Source of the DNA: Candidatus Bathyarchaeota archaeon
GTDB lineage: Archaea; Thermoproteota; Bathyarchaeia; Bathyarchaeales; Bathycorpusculaceae
Reading direction: 5' to 3'
DNA: 64,000 bases
Assembly: GCA_963780185.1 (NCBI GenBank)
Contig: CAWABA010000001.1
Coordinates: 192,001 to 256,000 of the forward strand
The notes beneath the pieces were generated by a model that ran no database searches, was not told the origin of the DNA, and saw only the letters and a program-made list of their open reading frames with translations. Shown here piece by piece: positions 1-9,654 of the stretch (the stretch's first letter is position 1; every line of letters begins with the position of its first letter). The translations under genes and the position numbers were made by a program.

Positions 1-101
1 GACGAGCGCTAAAGGTGCAGACGTCGGTTTCAGATAAGCCGCTGAGAATTGTTGTTGGGAAGGTTTGTTTGGATGAGAAGCTGAGGGAAATTCAAGACTG
101 A
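1..101 (+). CDS. 3' end of an unidentified gene entering the window (…RALKVQTSVSDKPLRIVVGKVCLDEKLREIQD*)
   Basis: Frame 3 is open from the window start to TGA at 99-101. The stop lies in a perfect palindrome TTCAAGACT-G-AGTCTTGAA (91-109). Confidence 0.4.
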   Translation, partial: RALKVQTSVSDKPLRIVVGKVCLDEKLREIQD

Positions 102-147
102 GTCTTGAAAAACCGCTTATTTGCCAAGTTTCAATTGGAAGCCCGAC

Positions 148-2079
148 TTAGGATTGGTTTTTGAAGAAATTGCTGACTTCAGCAGCTAAGACGCCTTTTT
201 TGTCAGGTAACGTTTTCATTCCGTCAGTTATCCACGATGGGAGAAAGCCGCGGCAGTAACTCGTGGAGAAACGGTAATCCAAAAATATGATGGCTCCCCT
301 ATCCTCCAACGTTCTTATTGGTCTTCCTGCGGCTTGCGACGCTTTCTTCATGGCTGGCAAAATGTACCCGTATTCGCGACCAAACCCTGGAAAACGCCTC
401 TCATAATAATCAATCTGCGCTTTCACCCTGGGCGTCGGCTCAGCGTACGGGACGCCGACAACCGCCACCGAATTCATTTGGTTGCCTGGAAAATCCACGC
501 CTTCCGAAGTTCTTCCACCTTGTACGCCGAGGAAAACTGCGCCGCCTTTGCCGCCGCATGCCTTAAAATCCTGAACCATTTTCTCGTTGGCTTTCGAAGT
601 CATATCTCTTCGCTCATGAAAAAGCGGTTTCTGCAACTCGTTCTCTAAGCCTGCTTCAACCAGCGAATTCAGTACTCCGAACGAGGCGGCGAAGACTCCT
701 GTGTTAGTCGGAGTGTTCTCAGCCACTTCAACTATCCGATCAATCATCGTTTGGTACATGGCTGGGGTTCTTTTCTCCAAAGACGTGCTTACGCCGCAGC
801 AGACCGCAGAGTAAACATGCTCCTTAGGAAACGGCGACGGCACCACGCATTCAACAGTGTTCTGCGGCAGCTTCGTTATTCTTTCAAAAGCCTTCAGCGG
901 CTGAAGCGTACCTGACATTATCACGTTGGCATAGGTTGATGAGAAAACGGGTTCCGTGATTTTCGCTGGATCCAACGCAACTATCTGCAGCTTCGCCGTC
1001 CTGTTTCTCTCCTTGTTCATGTAGCAGCTTGCAACGGTGATGTAGGAGTCGTCTCCCACGGTGTCGACGCATTTAAGCAGGAACTCACTCATCGCATGAA
1101 TGTAGGAACGCGGATTTTTTCCTTCAGCCAACAAGGTTTTCCTGATTGCTGCGCCTGCGTCGTGGAGCTGCTCAAAAAACTCGCGTGGATTTTTGATGCC
1201 TTGTTTTTCGATGATTTTTATGATGTCTTGGGGCGGGATGATTTCTTCTCGGCTAACATGCTCAATTAGCTTCTCAACTTCTTCCCTGAAGAAAAGCGCA
1301 AAGGATTCAGCGTCTTTGTTGTGGAACCTGTTTGCCTCCAGCTCCGCTTGCTTCATCACAAAAAGCGATAGGCTGACGCTTGAGATGTCAATGGCTGTTT
1401 CAGGCAGGTTGTGTGCTTCATCGACGATTAAAATGATTTTGCCAAGTTCAGTTTCAAGGTTTTTTAGGAAAGCGTTTCGGATTTGTGGGTCGAAAACATA
1501 GAGGTAGCTTAGGGCAATTACTTTGGCTTCTGATAGGGCAGATTTGATTAGTTCGTAGGGGCAGACTTGTTTTTTCTTGCATACCGCTATGATTTCTGAT
1601 GCCATGTATGGCTTGGTTGAAACTTGCTGCTGAAGCGTGAGGTAATCGTAGGTTCTTTCGTCTACGCTGGTGTAGTATGGGCATCTGCCTTTGGCTTTAA
1701 GTAACTCGCAGACTTCCATGAGCGATTTTGAGTCAAACGCGCCTCGCTGCGCAAAAACGTTGAGGCACATTTCGTTGCGTCCGCGGATTGAAACCCCAGT
1801 GACATGTTGCTTGTTGTAGATGGCTCGTAGCTCCTCTATGACCCTGTCGTGTTGCCGATGAGTCCTCGCCACGTAAAGTATCTTCAAATTCTTCTCGACG
1901 GCTACGGGCACGCAGGCGGAAAGGGCTGAAATGGTTTTGCCTAACCCGTTGCTGCCTTCAATCAGGATCGAACGCCTATCACGCACCGCGTTGTAAACCG
2001 TGCTCACGAACTCGTCCTGATGCGGACGCACGCTGGAGTAGGGAAAAAACGCGGAAACCTGCGCGGGCAACTTAATCAT
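148..2079 (-). CDS. xpd: XPD/Rad3/DinG-family Fe-S DNA helicase
   Basis: Q motif RPHQ, Walker A GSNGLGKT, Fe-S cysteines (EMCLN, EVCE, RCPYY, VCPYE), DEAH box, SEGVDF, QAAGRPIR. Start set at MIKLP (2079), overlapping the nth stop. Confidence 0.93.
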   Translation of the reverse strand: MIKLPAQVSAFFPYSSVRPHQDEFVSTVYNAVRDRRSILIEGSNGLGKTISALSACVPVAVEKNLKILYVARTHRQHDRVIEELRAIYNKQHVTGVSIRGRNEMCLNVFAQRGAFDSKSLMEVCELLKAKGRCPYYTSVDERTYDYLTLQQQVSTKPYMASEIIAVCKKKQVCPYELIKSALSEAKVIALSYLYVFDPQIRNAFLKNLETELGKIILIVDEAHNLPETAIDISSVSLSLFVMKQAELEANRFHNKDAESFALFFREEVEKLIEHVSREEIIPPQDIIKIIEKQGIKNPREFFEQLHDAGAAIRKTLLAEGKNPRSYIHAMSEFLLKCVDTVGDDSYITVASCYMNKERNRTAKLQIVALDPAKITEPVFSSTYANVIMSGTLQPLKAFERITKLPQNTVECVVPSPFPKEHVYSAVCCGVSTSLEKRTPAMYQTMIDRIVEVAENTPTNTGVFAASFGVLNSLVEAGLENELQKPLFHERRDMTSKANEKMVQDFKACGGKGGAVFLGVQGGRTSEGVDFPGNQMNSVAVVGVPYAEPTPRVKAQIDYYERRFPGFGREYGYILPAMKKASQAAGRPIRTLEDRGAIIFLDYRFSTSYCRGFLPSWITDGMKTLPDKKGVLAAEVSNFFKNQS

Positions 2080-2746
2080 GCATATCCCCCAAAGCCTTTG
2101 ATGGACAGTAATTGTAGACTGGACACTGATGGCACAGTGGGCGCCCTGCCTTGCAGTATTTTCTGCCGTGAGCAATCAACAACAAATGAACCGTCAGGTA
2201 ATCCTTCGGGTCAAAAATTGACATGAGGCTTGTGCGTACGGCTTCGTAGTCGCCGTTTGCGGGTGCTAAACCAAGCCGCTTCGACACGCGGTAAACATGG
2301 GTGTCCACGGGGACGGTGGGTTGGTTAGCTGAGAAAAGCAAGACAACATCCGCCGTTTTCGGACCAACACCAGGCAACTCCATAAGCGTTGCTCTCGCCT
2401 CATCCAGTGGCAAGCACAGAACGGGGGCAAGGGCTCCGTTGAATTTTTCAATAATGATTTTGGAGACTGCTTTTATTGCGTTTGCTTTGTTGCGGTATAA
2501 GCCTGCAACGTGAAGGCAAGCTTCAATTTCGCTTACTCCAGCGTTAGCCAGCGCTTGAGGGGTTATTTCGAAGTGCTTCGACAGGGCTTCGAAGGCTCGC
2601 TCAGTGTTGGTGTCAGCCGTGTTCTGTGAAATAATCGTTATAACTAAGGTTTCGAATGGGTCGTTTTTCGGTTTAACCAACTTAGGCACGGCTACTGTGT
2701 CCTGCAGTATCTGCAAGATTGTTCCCGCGTGAGTGTCAGCCATCAT
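2072..2746 (-). CDS. nth: Endonuclease III (HhH-GPD DNA glycosylase/AP lyase)
   Basis: LPGVGPKTAD helix-hairpin-helix, VDTHV, C-x6-C-x2-C-x5-C [4Fe-4S] loop. Start uncertain (2743/2746/2782). Confidence 0.93.
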   Translation of the reverse strand: MMADTHAGTILQILQDTVAVPKLVKPKNDPFETLVITIISQNTADTNTERAFEALSKHFEITPQALANAGVSEIEACLHVAGLYRNKANAIKAVSKIIIEKFNGALAPVLCLPLDEARATLMELPGVGPKTADVVLLFSANQPTVPVDTHVYRVSKRLGLAPANGDYEAVRTSLMSIFDPKDYLTVHLLLIAHGRKYCKAGRPLCHQCPVYNYCPSKALGDMHD

Positions 2747-2908
2747 CGTGCCTTCATAGGTCTCGAAAATATTAACCTCCAACTATTGATTTGCCAAGTT
2801 ATAAATATCCTTTCAATTGATAATTAGGTCTTACTGAGTACATCTTAAGACCTTATAATGTACTCTTGAAACTTGGCTAAATACTACAGGTTAAAGTCTT
2901 AAATTCAA

Positions 2909-3100
2909 TCATGGTTCGCCTAACAAATGTAACGCATCCTTTACAGCATGCCTTCCATCATATACCGCTTTTCTTGCATCGTCTATGTTGCCATCAGTTA
3001 GAAATTTCTCCGCTTCACCTAATCGTCTATACCCCCATTGCAATTCTTTGCTGGCTTCTTTATAGTTCGGTTGTAAATCTTCAATTTCTTTTTTAGGCAT
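2909..3100 (-). CDS. Small helical protein resembling the N-terminal half of a HEPN domain
   Basis: 63 aa. Pattern L-x2-A-x3-L-x2-G-x-IDDA-x3-VY-x5-VKDA recalls HEPN N-terminal helices. Preceded by the island promoter motif. Confidence 0.5.
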   Translation of the reverse strand: MPKKEIEDLQPNYKEASKELQWGYRRLGEAEKFLTDGNIDDARKAVYDGRHAVKDALHLLGEP

Positions 3101-3555
3101 TTAAACACACAGCAATGCCAATTGCAATCAATTTAGTTTTAAGTTTTTGCGTACTCAAAAAACGGGCTATTTTTCGTTTAAGCAACCAGATGCTTCGGTT
3201 AAAAAAACTAGCTCAAAAATTCATCCTTCGTTGAAGAGAGTACCATGACGCCAAGCACAGTTGCCATTAAACTAATAGAATTATACAATAAATTCTGGTT
3301 AAAACCATTCCAGACCTTCCTTGTTGCACACTTTAACGCTTTCCTTTTCAAGCTAAGAAGCACATAAAGCCATATTCAAAATTTTTTAGGGGGTCATCTT
3401 TTTAAATTCACTAAAAGACAGTGCGCCGTAGGCGCTAAAAGGGTATCCAACCGTTTTTAGAAACTTAGCTAAATACTGAGTTCCTCTTAACCCTTGAATG
3501 TACTCGGTAATAGCCCCTAACCGTTTAATGTTCTTTGGTAACTTAGTTAATTCTG

Positions 3556-4035
3556 TTATTTGACAAAATAATTCCTTAAGGATATAGGTCCAATCTCAAT
3601 CTTAATACAAGCCATCTTCGTCTCAAACCCGTACTTTTTCGCTAAAACGAGAAATGCCTTCTGCTTCTTGGGCATTTCAAACTTGTTTACTTTAACTTCT
3701 AAAAATGTAAGTTCTGGCATTCTTGTAAGAAAGTCTGGACGTCTATACTTTATCCCTCGAAGCTCATCAAATAACGAAAGAACCCTTTCTTTTTCTTCTG
3801 ATGTCAGAAAATCTTCCCAATCATCATACAGAGGGAGATATGAAGCCCAACCATGATAGCCGAAGTGAATGGACGAATAATTGCTTGATGTAAGCCAATC
3901 TACAACAACCTTCTCTCCTATCATTCCCAACTCGTTTGAAATGTTAGTGGATAAGTTTTTTGGCTGTTTACGAATCTCAGCTATAATCTTCGCTATCCTA
4001 TCTTGTTTATTGTTGTTACTCATCGTTTTTTCCAT
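3556..4035 (-). CDS. PD-(D/E)XK nuclease, VRR-NUC-like
   Basis: G-x2-GE helix, RPDFL, FLEVK and a downstream Q (KKQKAF) typical of VRR-NUC/restriction-like folds. Confidence 0.7.
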   Translation of the reverse strand: MEKTMSNNNKQDRIAKIIAEIRKQPKNLSTNISNELGMIGEKVVVDWLTSSNYSSIHFGYHGWASYLPLYDDWEDFLTSEEKERVLSLFDELRGIKYRRPDFLTRMPELTFLEVKVNKFEMPKKQKAFLVLAKKYGFETKMACIKIEIGPISLRNYFVK

Positions 4036-4042
4036 ACTTAGG

Positions 4043-4075
4043 CTATTTCACCGCTATGCAGTTTTAAGTTTTTGC
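4043..4075 (-). promoter_or_regulatory. Repeated promoter module, copy upstream of the nuclease ORF
   Basis: Minus strand GCAAAAACTTAAAACTGCATAGCGGTGAAATAG: BRE/TATA-like AAAAACTTAAA plus the conserved CTGCATAGCG. Confidence 0.65.
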
Positions 4076-4096
4076 ATCACTAAAAAATTAAAAGGG

Positions 4097-4285
4097 CTAT
4101 TTTTTCAGGAATAGTCCAAATATGAGTGTTATGAACGCAATGAACCAAAGTGCTATTCCGAGCCAATAAAATGTATTCATTTGATTGCTTATTGAACCTG
4201 ATATGACTCTTGTCCAACAGCCATAATATATCTCGGTCAGTATCGCCCCGAGCATGATTATTATTAAGCTGATTTTTAGCAACAT
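4097..4285 (-). CDS. Small two-helix membrane protein
   Basis: 62 aa with two hydrophobic stretches. SD-like TGAGGTGA and the repeated module lie upstream. Confidence 0.55.
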   Translation of the reverse strand: MLLKISLIIIMLGAILTEIYYGCWTRVISGSISNQMNTFYWLGIALWFIAFITLIFGLFLKK

Positions 4286-4296
4286 TTTATTCGTGT

Positions 4297-4345
4297 TTTT
4301 TCACCTCAATTCGTTATCTACGCTATGCAGATTTAACGATTTTGC
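4297..4345 (-). promoter_or_regulatory. Repeated promoter/SD module
   Basis: Minus strand GCAAAATCGTTAAATCTGCATAGCGTAGATAACGAATTGAGGTGAAAA. Confidence 0.65.
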
Positions 4346-4552
4346 TTAGCCAAAGGTAGAATCCAACGACTTAAAATATTTGGCGATAGCTGATTTAGCT
4401 TTTTCCAGTTCTAAGTTGTGCTTTGTTGGAGCTATAAGATGGTTCATCAAGGCACCTTCCCATTGCTTTAGAGTTTTGGGTTTTCCCTTTTTTATTCTAA
4501 ATTCATCACTGCACAGAGGACAGCGAATTTCAGAAAATTTTTTCGTTTCCAT
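4346..4552 (-). CDS. Small C2H2-type zinc-finger protein
   Basis: 68 aa with CPLC…H-x6-H. SD TGAGGTGA upstream. Confidence 0.6.
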   Translation of the reverse strand: METKKFSEIRCPLCSDEFRIKKGKPKTLKQWEGALMNHLIAPTKHNLELEKAKSAIAKYFKSLDSTFG

Positions 4553-4553
4553 A

Positions 4554-4600
4554 TTTTCACCTCAGTTCTTCTATTCTACGCTGTGCAGATTTAAGATTTG
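4554..4600 (-). promoter_or_regulatory. Repeated promoter/SD module
   Basis: Minus strand CAAATCTTAAATCTGCACAGCGTAGAATAGAAGAACTGAGGTGAAAA. Confidence 0.65.
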
Positions 4601-4775
4601 AGTTTGTTGTCTTGCGGGTGGCTGAATTGTAGGTGTCCGTTTTTGCCGTAGGTTAATTGTTGTTTTATTGGCGGTTTAACACATCTGTAGCACAGCGGAA
4701 TGCGAGGCAACCTGAACTTTTTGTTTCTGGAATTTGAGACGAGTTGAAAAGAAAAAAACTAAATAGACAAAAGTT

Positions 4776-6140
4776 TTAACCTGTTGAATTCTTCACAAGT
4801 TGGTTAGCACTAAACATTAAGGCATCTTTATCGGTGAGGACGTCGAATCCTAATTTTGAGAAAAGCACAAACTTGACAGGTTTCTTGGTCACTGCAACCG
4901 CTTGGGCAGACTCTTTTAACCAGTTTAGTTCTCGCTGTCCCACTTTCTGCTGGGTCCACTTGCACTCACCAACGTAGATGGCTTTGTCAGTTTCTATGAC
5001 CAGATCAATCTCGCGTTGCTCAGAGCGCCCATTAACTTTCACTGCACCCCACCACTTACCAGCTGCTAGCAGCCTCTCGCCTCGCGCAATCAAGAATTCA
5101 CACAGAAACTGCCGACACAACATCTCAAAACGCTTACCAATAAACGAACTTAACTCTTCTGTACGTGGTGCAGATAGCTTTCCATAGACCTCCGAAAACC
5201 AAAAGGCAAGCGTGTTATCCACAATAAAATACAGTCCCTTCTTGCTTCTGGCAGGTTTTTCTCCGAAAGGAACAATGCGCTCAACAATTTTGAAGTCATG
5301 TATAAGAGCACTCAAATACTTAGTCAAAGTCGTCGAGCGAACGCCAACTTTCTGCGATATTTCATTCAAAGAAACGTAACCTGCGCTAATTGCCTCTAAA
5401 ACGGCATAATACTTCGCGTAAGCGTTTCCAAACTCCTGCCTTAGGACATTTTCGCCTTCTTCCTTAAGCTGTGCACCGACATCAAAGAACAGAGAATTCA
5501 CTGCGCTTTCAAAAGAACGGTTCTCAAGCTTTTCCAAAAGGACATAGTAAAAGGGGACACCGCCAAAAACACAGTAAAAACTCACCTGCTCAGAAGGCAG
5601 CAAAACACCAAAATCACTCAAAATATCCGCAACAGTCCCAAACGAAAGCTGCCCAAGATTTATCGCCGATGTAGCACGATTAAAAAGAGGCGCTTTCTTA
5701 GCGGCAAAAAGACGATTCATCATCCCTGCATAAGACCCAGAAACAACAAGCATAACATCCTTGGAATCCTTGTACTTATCCCATAACCTTTGCAACTCAT
5801 AAGGAACCGCTTCATTCACAACGAGAACATTAGAAAACTCGTCCAAACATAAAAGACCGACATTTTGCTCAAAAAGATACTCGAAAGCATCCTTCAAAGA
5901 AGCAAAAGATGGAGAGTACCCCAACTTAAGCCGAATCTCTGCTTCAACGTCGCCAGCAACCTGCTTCTCCTCTTTAGGAACTATAAGCACGCTTATTGCC
6001 TTTTTATCCTTGACAAACTCGTCGATAAGGCGGCTTTTCCCTATTCGCCGCCTGCCGCTGACAACAATAAAGTCGGAGCCTGACCTCAAATAAGCCTTCT
6101 CTAAAGCCTCAAGCTCTATTTCCCTATCATAGAACCTCAT
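4776..6140 (-). CDS. Archaeal AAA ATPase with wHTH and C-terminal DUF234 PD-(D/E)XK domain
   Basis: FYDRE start, GRRRIGKS Walker A, LCLDEF Walker B, GGVPFY, C-terminal EIDLV…GECKW. Confidence 0.9.
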   Translation of the reverse strand: MRFYDREIELEALEKAYLRSGSDFIVVSGRRRIGKSRLIDEFVKDKKAISVLIVPKEEKQVAGDVEAEIRLKLGYSPSFASLKDAFEYLFEQNVGLLCLDEFSNVLVVNEAVPYELQRLWDKYKDSKDVMLVVSGSYAGMMNRLFAAKKAPLFNRATSAINLGQLSFGTVADILSDFGVLLPSEQVSFYCVFGGVPFYYVLLEKLENRSFESAVNSLFFDVGAQLKEEGENVLRQEFGNAYAKYYAVLEAISAGYVSLNEISQKVGVRSTTLTKYLSALIHDFKIVERIVPFGEKPARSKKGLYFIVDNTLAFWFSEVYGKLSAPRTEELSSFIGKRFEMLCRQFLCEFLIARGERLLAAGKWWGAVKVNGRSEQREIDLVIETDKAIYVGECKWTQQKVGQRELNWLKESAQAVAVTKKPVKFVLFSKLGFDVLTDKDALMFSANQLVKNSTG

Positions 6141-6448
6141 GCAACCAACCAGCTTTATCCAATTTCAGGATAATCCTATAACTGGATAAAACCCTAATAA
6201 ACCATTCCCCATCTTTAACAGCGGTCAAGGCAAATTTCATGACCAAAAGTTGCTAAAAAAGAGCGGGAGCGAAAAAGCTTGGTTTTATTTGAATGAGGAA
6301 GCATGGCGACGCTTGCGCCTGAAGAACCCGCCAGCCCCTCAGACAAATAGCCATCACAAGCGGCAAACCAAGAAAGCTGCAACCCAAAAAGCCTTCAAAC
6401 CCCAAAATGGAAAACCAGAACCCAAGCAAAACCGAAGCTGCCGCCGAG

Positions 6449-6630
6449 AAAGTCGCAGCGCCCATACGCGACAATGCCGCCTATGTTGAGTCAACATACA
6501 AAGTCGCAATCCGCCCATCCCAAAGTCGCAATGTTCAAGCAGAAGCCAAGCCTAAACCAAAAAAGCAACCCAAAACACAAAGACCCAAGGCGGAAAGTCG
6601 CAACTTTCACCAAAACAAAAGTCGCAACTT
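6449..6630. repeat. Five AAAGTCGCA(A) copies plus palindromes in the ATPase-psmA intergenic region
   Basis: Copies at 6449, 6500, 6522, 6594 and 6618. Palindromes TATGTTGA-G-TCAACATA (6482-6498) and GAAAGT-CGCA-ACTTTC (6593-6608). Confidence 0.75.
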
Positions 6631-6753
6631 AAAAATTTAAACCAAAACCGCACCCAAAAAGCTGCAGCGGAATGGATTCTGGCTAGGAAAGGTTTTTAGT
6701 GTGGTTATTATATGAGATGTTGAAAAGTATATTGTGTAAGTGAGGTTAACATT

Positions 6754-7491
6754 ATGTCAGTCTTTGCAGCACCAGGAGCATATGACCGTGCAATAACCGT
6801 TTTCTCGCCTGACGGACGACTCTTCCAAGTCGAATACGCAATGGAACTAGTAAACCGCGGAGCCACAATCATCGGCATCCAATGCCAAGAAGGTTTAGTT
6901 CTCGGCTCAGAAGAAAACATCGAAGTCCTTGAAGAAGCAGGGTACAGCTGGAAAATCTTCAGGGTAGATGATCATATTGGCGCGGCGATAGTCGGTTTAA
7001 GTTCAGACGCCAGAATACTCATCGATCAAGCGCGGATTTACGCTCAAAGTAACAAACTAACCTACGACGAACCCATAGATATAGAAGTCGTCACAAAACG
7101 CATATGCGACATCCAGCAGATGTACACGCAACACGCGGGTGTACGACCCTTCGGAGTTTCAATAATCTTCGGCGGCGTCGACAAAACAGGCACACGCGTC
7201 TTTGGCACACACCCAAGCGGAACATACCGAGGATACAAAGCCACAGCCTTAGGCGCAGGAAGAGAAACAGTTTTAGCAATACTCAAAGAAGAATACAAAG
7301 AAGACCTGTCACTTGAACAAGGCATCAAACTAACCGTAAAATGCCTAATCAAAGCCCTCGAAGCACGCCAACTGCCACCCAGAATAAAAATCTCGGTCAT
7401 CCCACTATCAACCAAAAAGATGGAAATGCTAGGCAGACGACAAAGTAGAAGGCTACATCAAAGAGCTAAGTTCAAGCAAGTGAAAACCTGA
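6754..7491 (+). CDS. psmA: 20S proteasome alpha subunit (C-terminal indel near 7431)
   Basis: YDRAITVFSPDGRLFQVEYA, VRPFGVS. An alternative frame after ~7432 gives the plausible end DDKVEGYIKELSSSK*. Confidence 0.95.
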   Translation: MSVFAAPGAYDRAITVFSPDGRLFQVEYAMELVNRGATIIGIQCQEGLVLGSEENIEVLEEAGYSWKIFRVDDHIGAAIVGLSSDARILIDQARIYAQSNKLTYDEPIDIEVVTKRICDIQQMYTQHAGVRPFGVSIIFGGVDKTGTRVFGTHPSGTYRGYKATALGAGRETVLAILKEEYKEDLSLEQGIKLTVKCLIKALEARQLPPRIKISVIPLSTKKMEMLGRRQSRRLHQRAKFKQVKT

Positions 7492-8180
7492 TGAGTGAAA
7501 AGTTCACCGTTGCACGCCTAACAAAAGAAAACGAACATTTTGAAATCCTAGTCAAACCACAAAAAGCACTAGATTACCGCAACGGGAAAATCTCAGGAAT
7601 AACCGAAGCCTTAGCAGCTGAAATGATTTTTTCTGATGCAAACAAAGGAACCAAAGTTTCCGAGGAAGCAATGCGCAAAGCCTTCGGAACCGTCGACGCA
7701 CTGCAAATCGCCGACATCATACTCAAGAAAGGCACGCTTCAGCTCACAACAGAGCAAAGACGCAAAATGGTCGAAGACAAAAGACGGCAAATAATCGATT
7801 TCATCTCGCGACAAGCAGTCGACCCCAAAACAAACCTGCCGCATCCTCCAATGCGCATCGAGAATGCGATGGAGCAAATACGTTACCCGATTGACCCATA
7901 CAAGCCAATTGAGGAACAAGCAAAAGACATCGTTAAACTGCTACGTCCGATTTTGCCCCTAAAAATCGAGCAAGTCATAGTCGCAGTGAAGGTGCCTGCA
8001 CAGTACTCCGCAAGAGCTTACGGGTCAGTAAAAACTTTAGGTACCATAAAACGGGAAGAATGGCGTGGAGACGGCTCATGGTACGGCGAACTAGAATTGC
8101 CCGCTGGATCCTACGCCTCGTTGCTAACTAAACTTGGCGACGTAACCAAAGGAAGTGGAGAAGCAAAAATAATCTCGTAA
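7491..8180 (+). CDS. SBDS/Sdo1 ribosome maturation factor
   Basis: HFEILV, IFSDANKG, LQLTTEQRR, PHPPMRIE. Canonical position in the exosome superoperon. Confidence 0.93.
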   Translation: MSEKFTVARLTKENEHFEILVKPQKALDYRNGKISGITEALAAEMIFSDANKGTKVSEEAMRKAFGTVDALQIADIILKKGTLQLTTEQRRKMVEDKRRQIIDFISRQAVDPKTNLPHPPMRIENAMEQIRYPIDPYKPIEEQAKDIVKLLRPILPLKIEQVIVAVKVPAQYSARAYGSVKTLGTIKREEWRGDGSWYGELELPAGSYASLLTKLGDVTKGSGEAKIIS

Positions 8181-8201
8181 AAAATGGATGGTGAAGAATT
8201 T

Positions 8202-8924
8202 ATGCCAATATTCTTTGAAAAAAAACAGCTTGTGACGCCGGGAGAAATGCTTGCTGAAGGCGACTATTTACCTGGCGAAAACACATACATGGAACAAAAC
8301 AAGATTTTCGCCTCAAGAATCGGGCTAGTGGATACCGATAACAAAAAAGTAAACGTGGTCGCACTAAGGGCGTTTTATGTGCCCAAGATGGGAGACATCG
8401 TGATAGGTGCAGTCCTCGAAGTTGGATTCAACGGCTGGACAATCGATATTAAAGCACCCTACACAGCCATGCTACGTGCCTCAGACGTTTTAGCCAGGCC
8501 CTTTAAGCCTCAAAACGACGAGTTATCCGCAGTCCTCAACGCAGGCGACTTGATTGTTGCAAAAATCGCCTCATACGACCGAGCCCACGACCCACAACTC
8601 ACAGTTGGAGAACCCGGACTTGGAAAGATAACTCGAGGACAAATTCTGCAAGTGACACCGACAAAGATTCCTCGGGTAATCGGCAGAAAAGGCTCAATGA
8701 TTTCCATGATAAAACAGGAAACGGGCTGCCAAATCATTCTGGGACTAAACGGTGTCATCTTAGTCACCGGCAAAAACCCCGAGGATGAAGAACTCGCGAT
8801 AGAGGTCATCAGAAAAATCGAGCAAGAATCCCACACAAGTGGCCTCACAGATCGCATAACACAGTTGCTTAAAGAACGTAAAGGTAAAGTTGAAGAAAAA
8901 GTGGAGGAAAATAAGAATGAATGA
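8202..8924 (+). CDS. rrp4: Exosome RNA-binding subunit Rrp4 (S1+KH)
   Basis: [29 protein letters not shown] motif. Confidence 0.95.
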   Translation: MPIFFEKKQLVTPGEMLAEGDYLPGENTYMEQNKIFASRIGLVDTDNKKVNVVALRAFYVPKMGDIVIGAVLEVGFNGWTIDIKAPYTAMLRASDVLARPFKPQNDELSAVLNAGDLIVAKIASYDRAHDPQLTVGEPGLGKITRGQILQVTPTKIPRVIGRKGSMISMIKQETGCQIILGLNGVILVTGKNPEDEELAIEVIRKIEQESHTSGLTDRITQLLKERKGKVEEKVEENKNE

Positions 8925-9654
8925 AAAACCCGAAAAACTGATTGATAAAAAAGGCATCAGGTCGGATGGTAGAAAAGCAGACGAGCTTCGACCCTTAAAA
9001 CTTCAAGTAGGAGTATTATCAAACGCTGACGGATCAGCCTACATTGAACACGGCAAAAACAAGATTTTAGCCGCTGCATTTGGCCCAAGAGAGATGCATC
9101 CTAAACACTTAGCTCAGCCAGACCGCATGGTTCTGCGGTGCCGCTATCACATGGCTCCCTTCTCAGTACAAGAACGAAAATCACCCGCACCTTCAAGAAG
9201 AGAAGTAGAACTCTCAAAAGTCATAAGAGAAGCTCTAGAACCAGCATTGTTCCTGGAGCTTTATCCGCGGACAGGCGTTGATGTGTTCGTTGAAGTCTTG
9301 CAAGCTGACGGAGGAACCCGTTGCGCAGCCATCACCGCCGCTGCCCTAGCAATAGCCGACGCAGGCGTTCCAATGCGCGACTTAGTTGTTGGCTGTGCAG
9401 CTGGAAAGGTCGACGACACAGTTGTCTTAGACCTTTATGATGCTGAAGACAAACTTGGAATGGCAGATGTTCCAGTTGCTTACATGCCGAGTCTAAACGC
9501 GATTACGCTGCTTCAAATGGATGGTCTACTTGCACCGGAAGAATTTGAGAAAGCCATAAGCATGGCGATGGAAGGATGCAAGAAAATCTATGAAATGCAG
9601 AAGGAAGCGTTAAAGACCAAGTACATGGTTGTTAAGGAGGCTGGAGAAGAGTAA
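8917..9654 (+). CDS. rrp41: Exosome exonuclease Rrp41 (RNase PH fold)
   Basis: [31 protein letters not shown]. Confidence 0.96.
   Translation: MNEKPEKLIDKKGIRSDGRKADELRPLKLQVGVLSNADGSAYIEHGKNKILAAAFGPREMHPKHLAQPDRMVLRCRYHMAPFSVQERKSPAPSRREVELSKVIREALEPALFLELYPRTGVDVFVEVLQADGGTRCAAITAAALAIADAGVPMRDLVVGCAAGKVDDTVVLDLYDAEDKLGMADVPVAYMPSLNAITLLQMDGLLAPEEFEKAISMAMEGCKKIYEMQKEALKTKYMVVKEAGEE

Noticed and set aside
3167-3540. A fifth cassette ORF ending at TAG 3167-3169
   Set aside because: The frame closes after 17 codons and other frames are short. It may be a decayed or indel-broken gene but cannot be supported.
6250-6640. ORFs of 73-79 aa in the ATPase-psmA intergenic region
   Set aside because: Low-complexity K/Q/P translations of AC-rich repeat DNA with no motifs.
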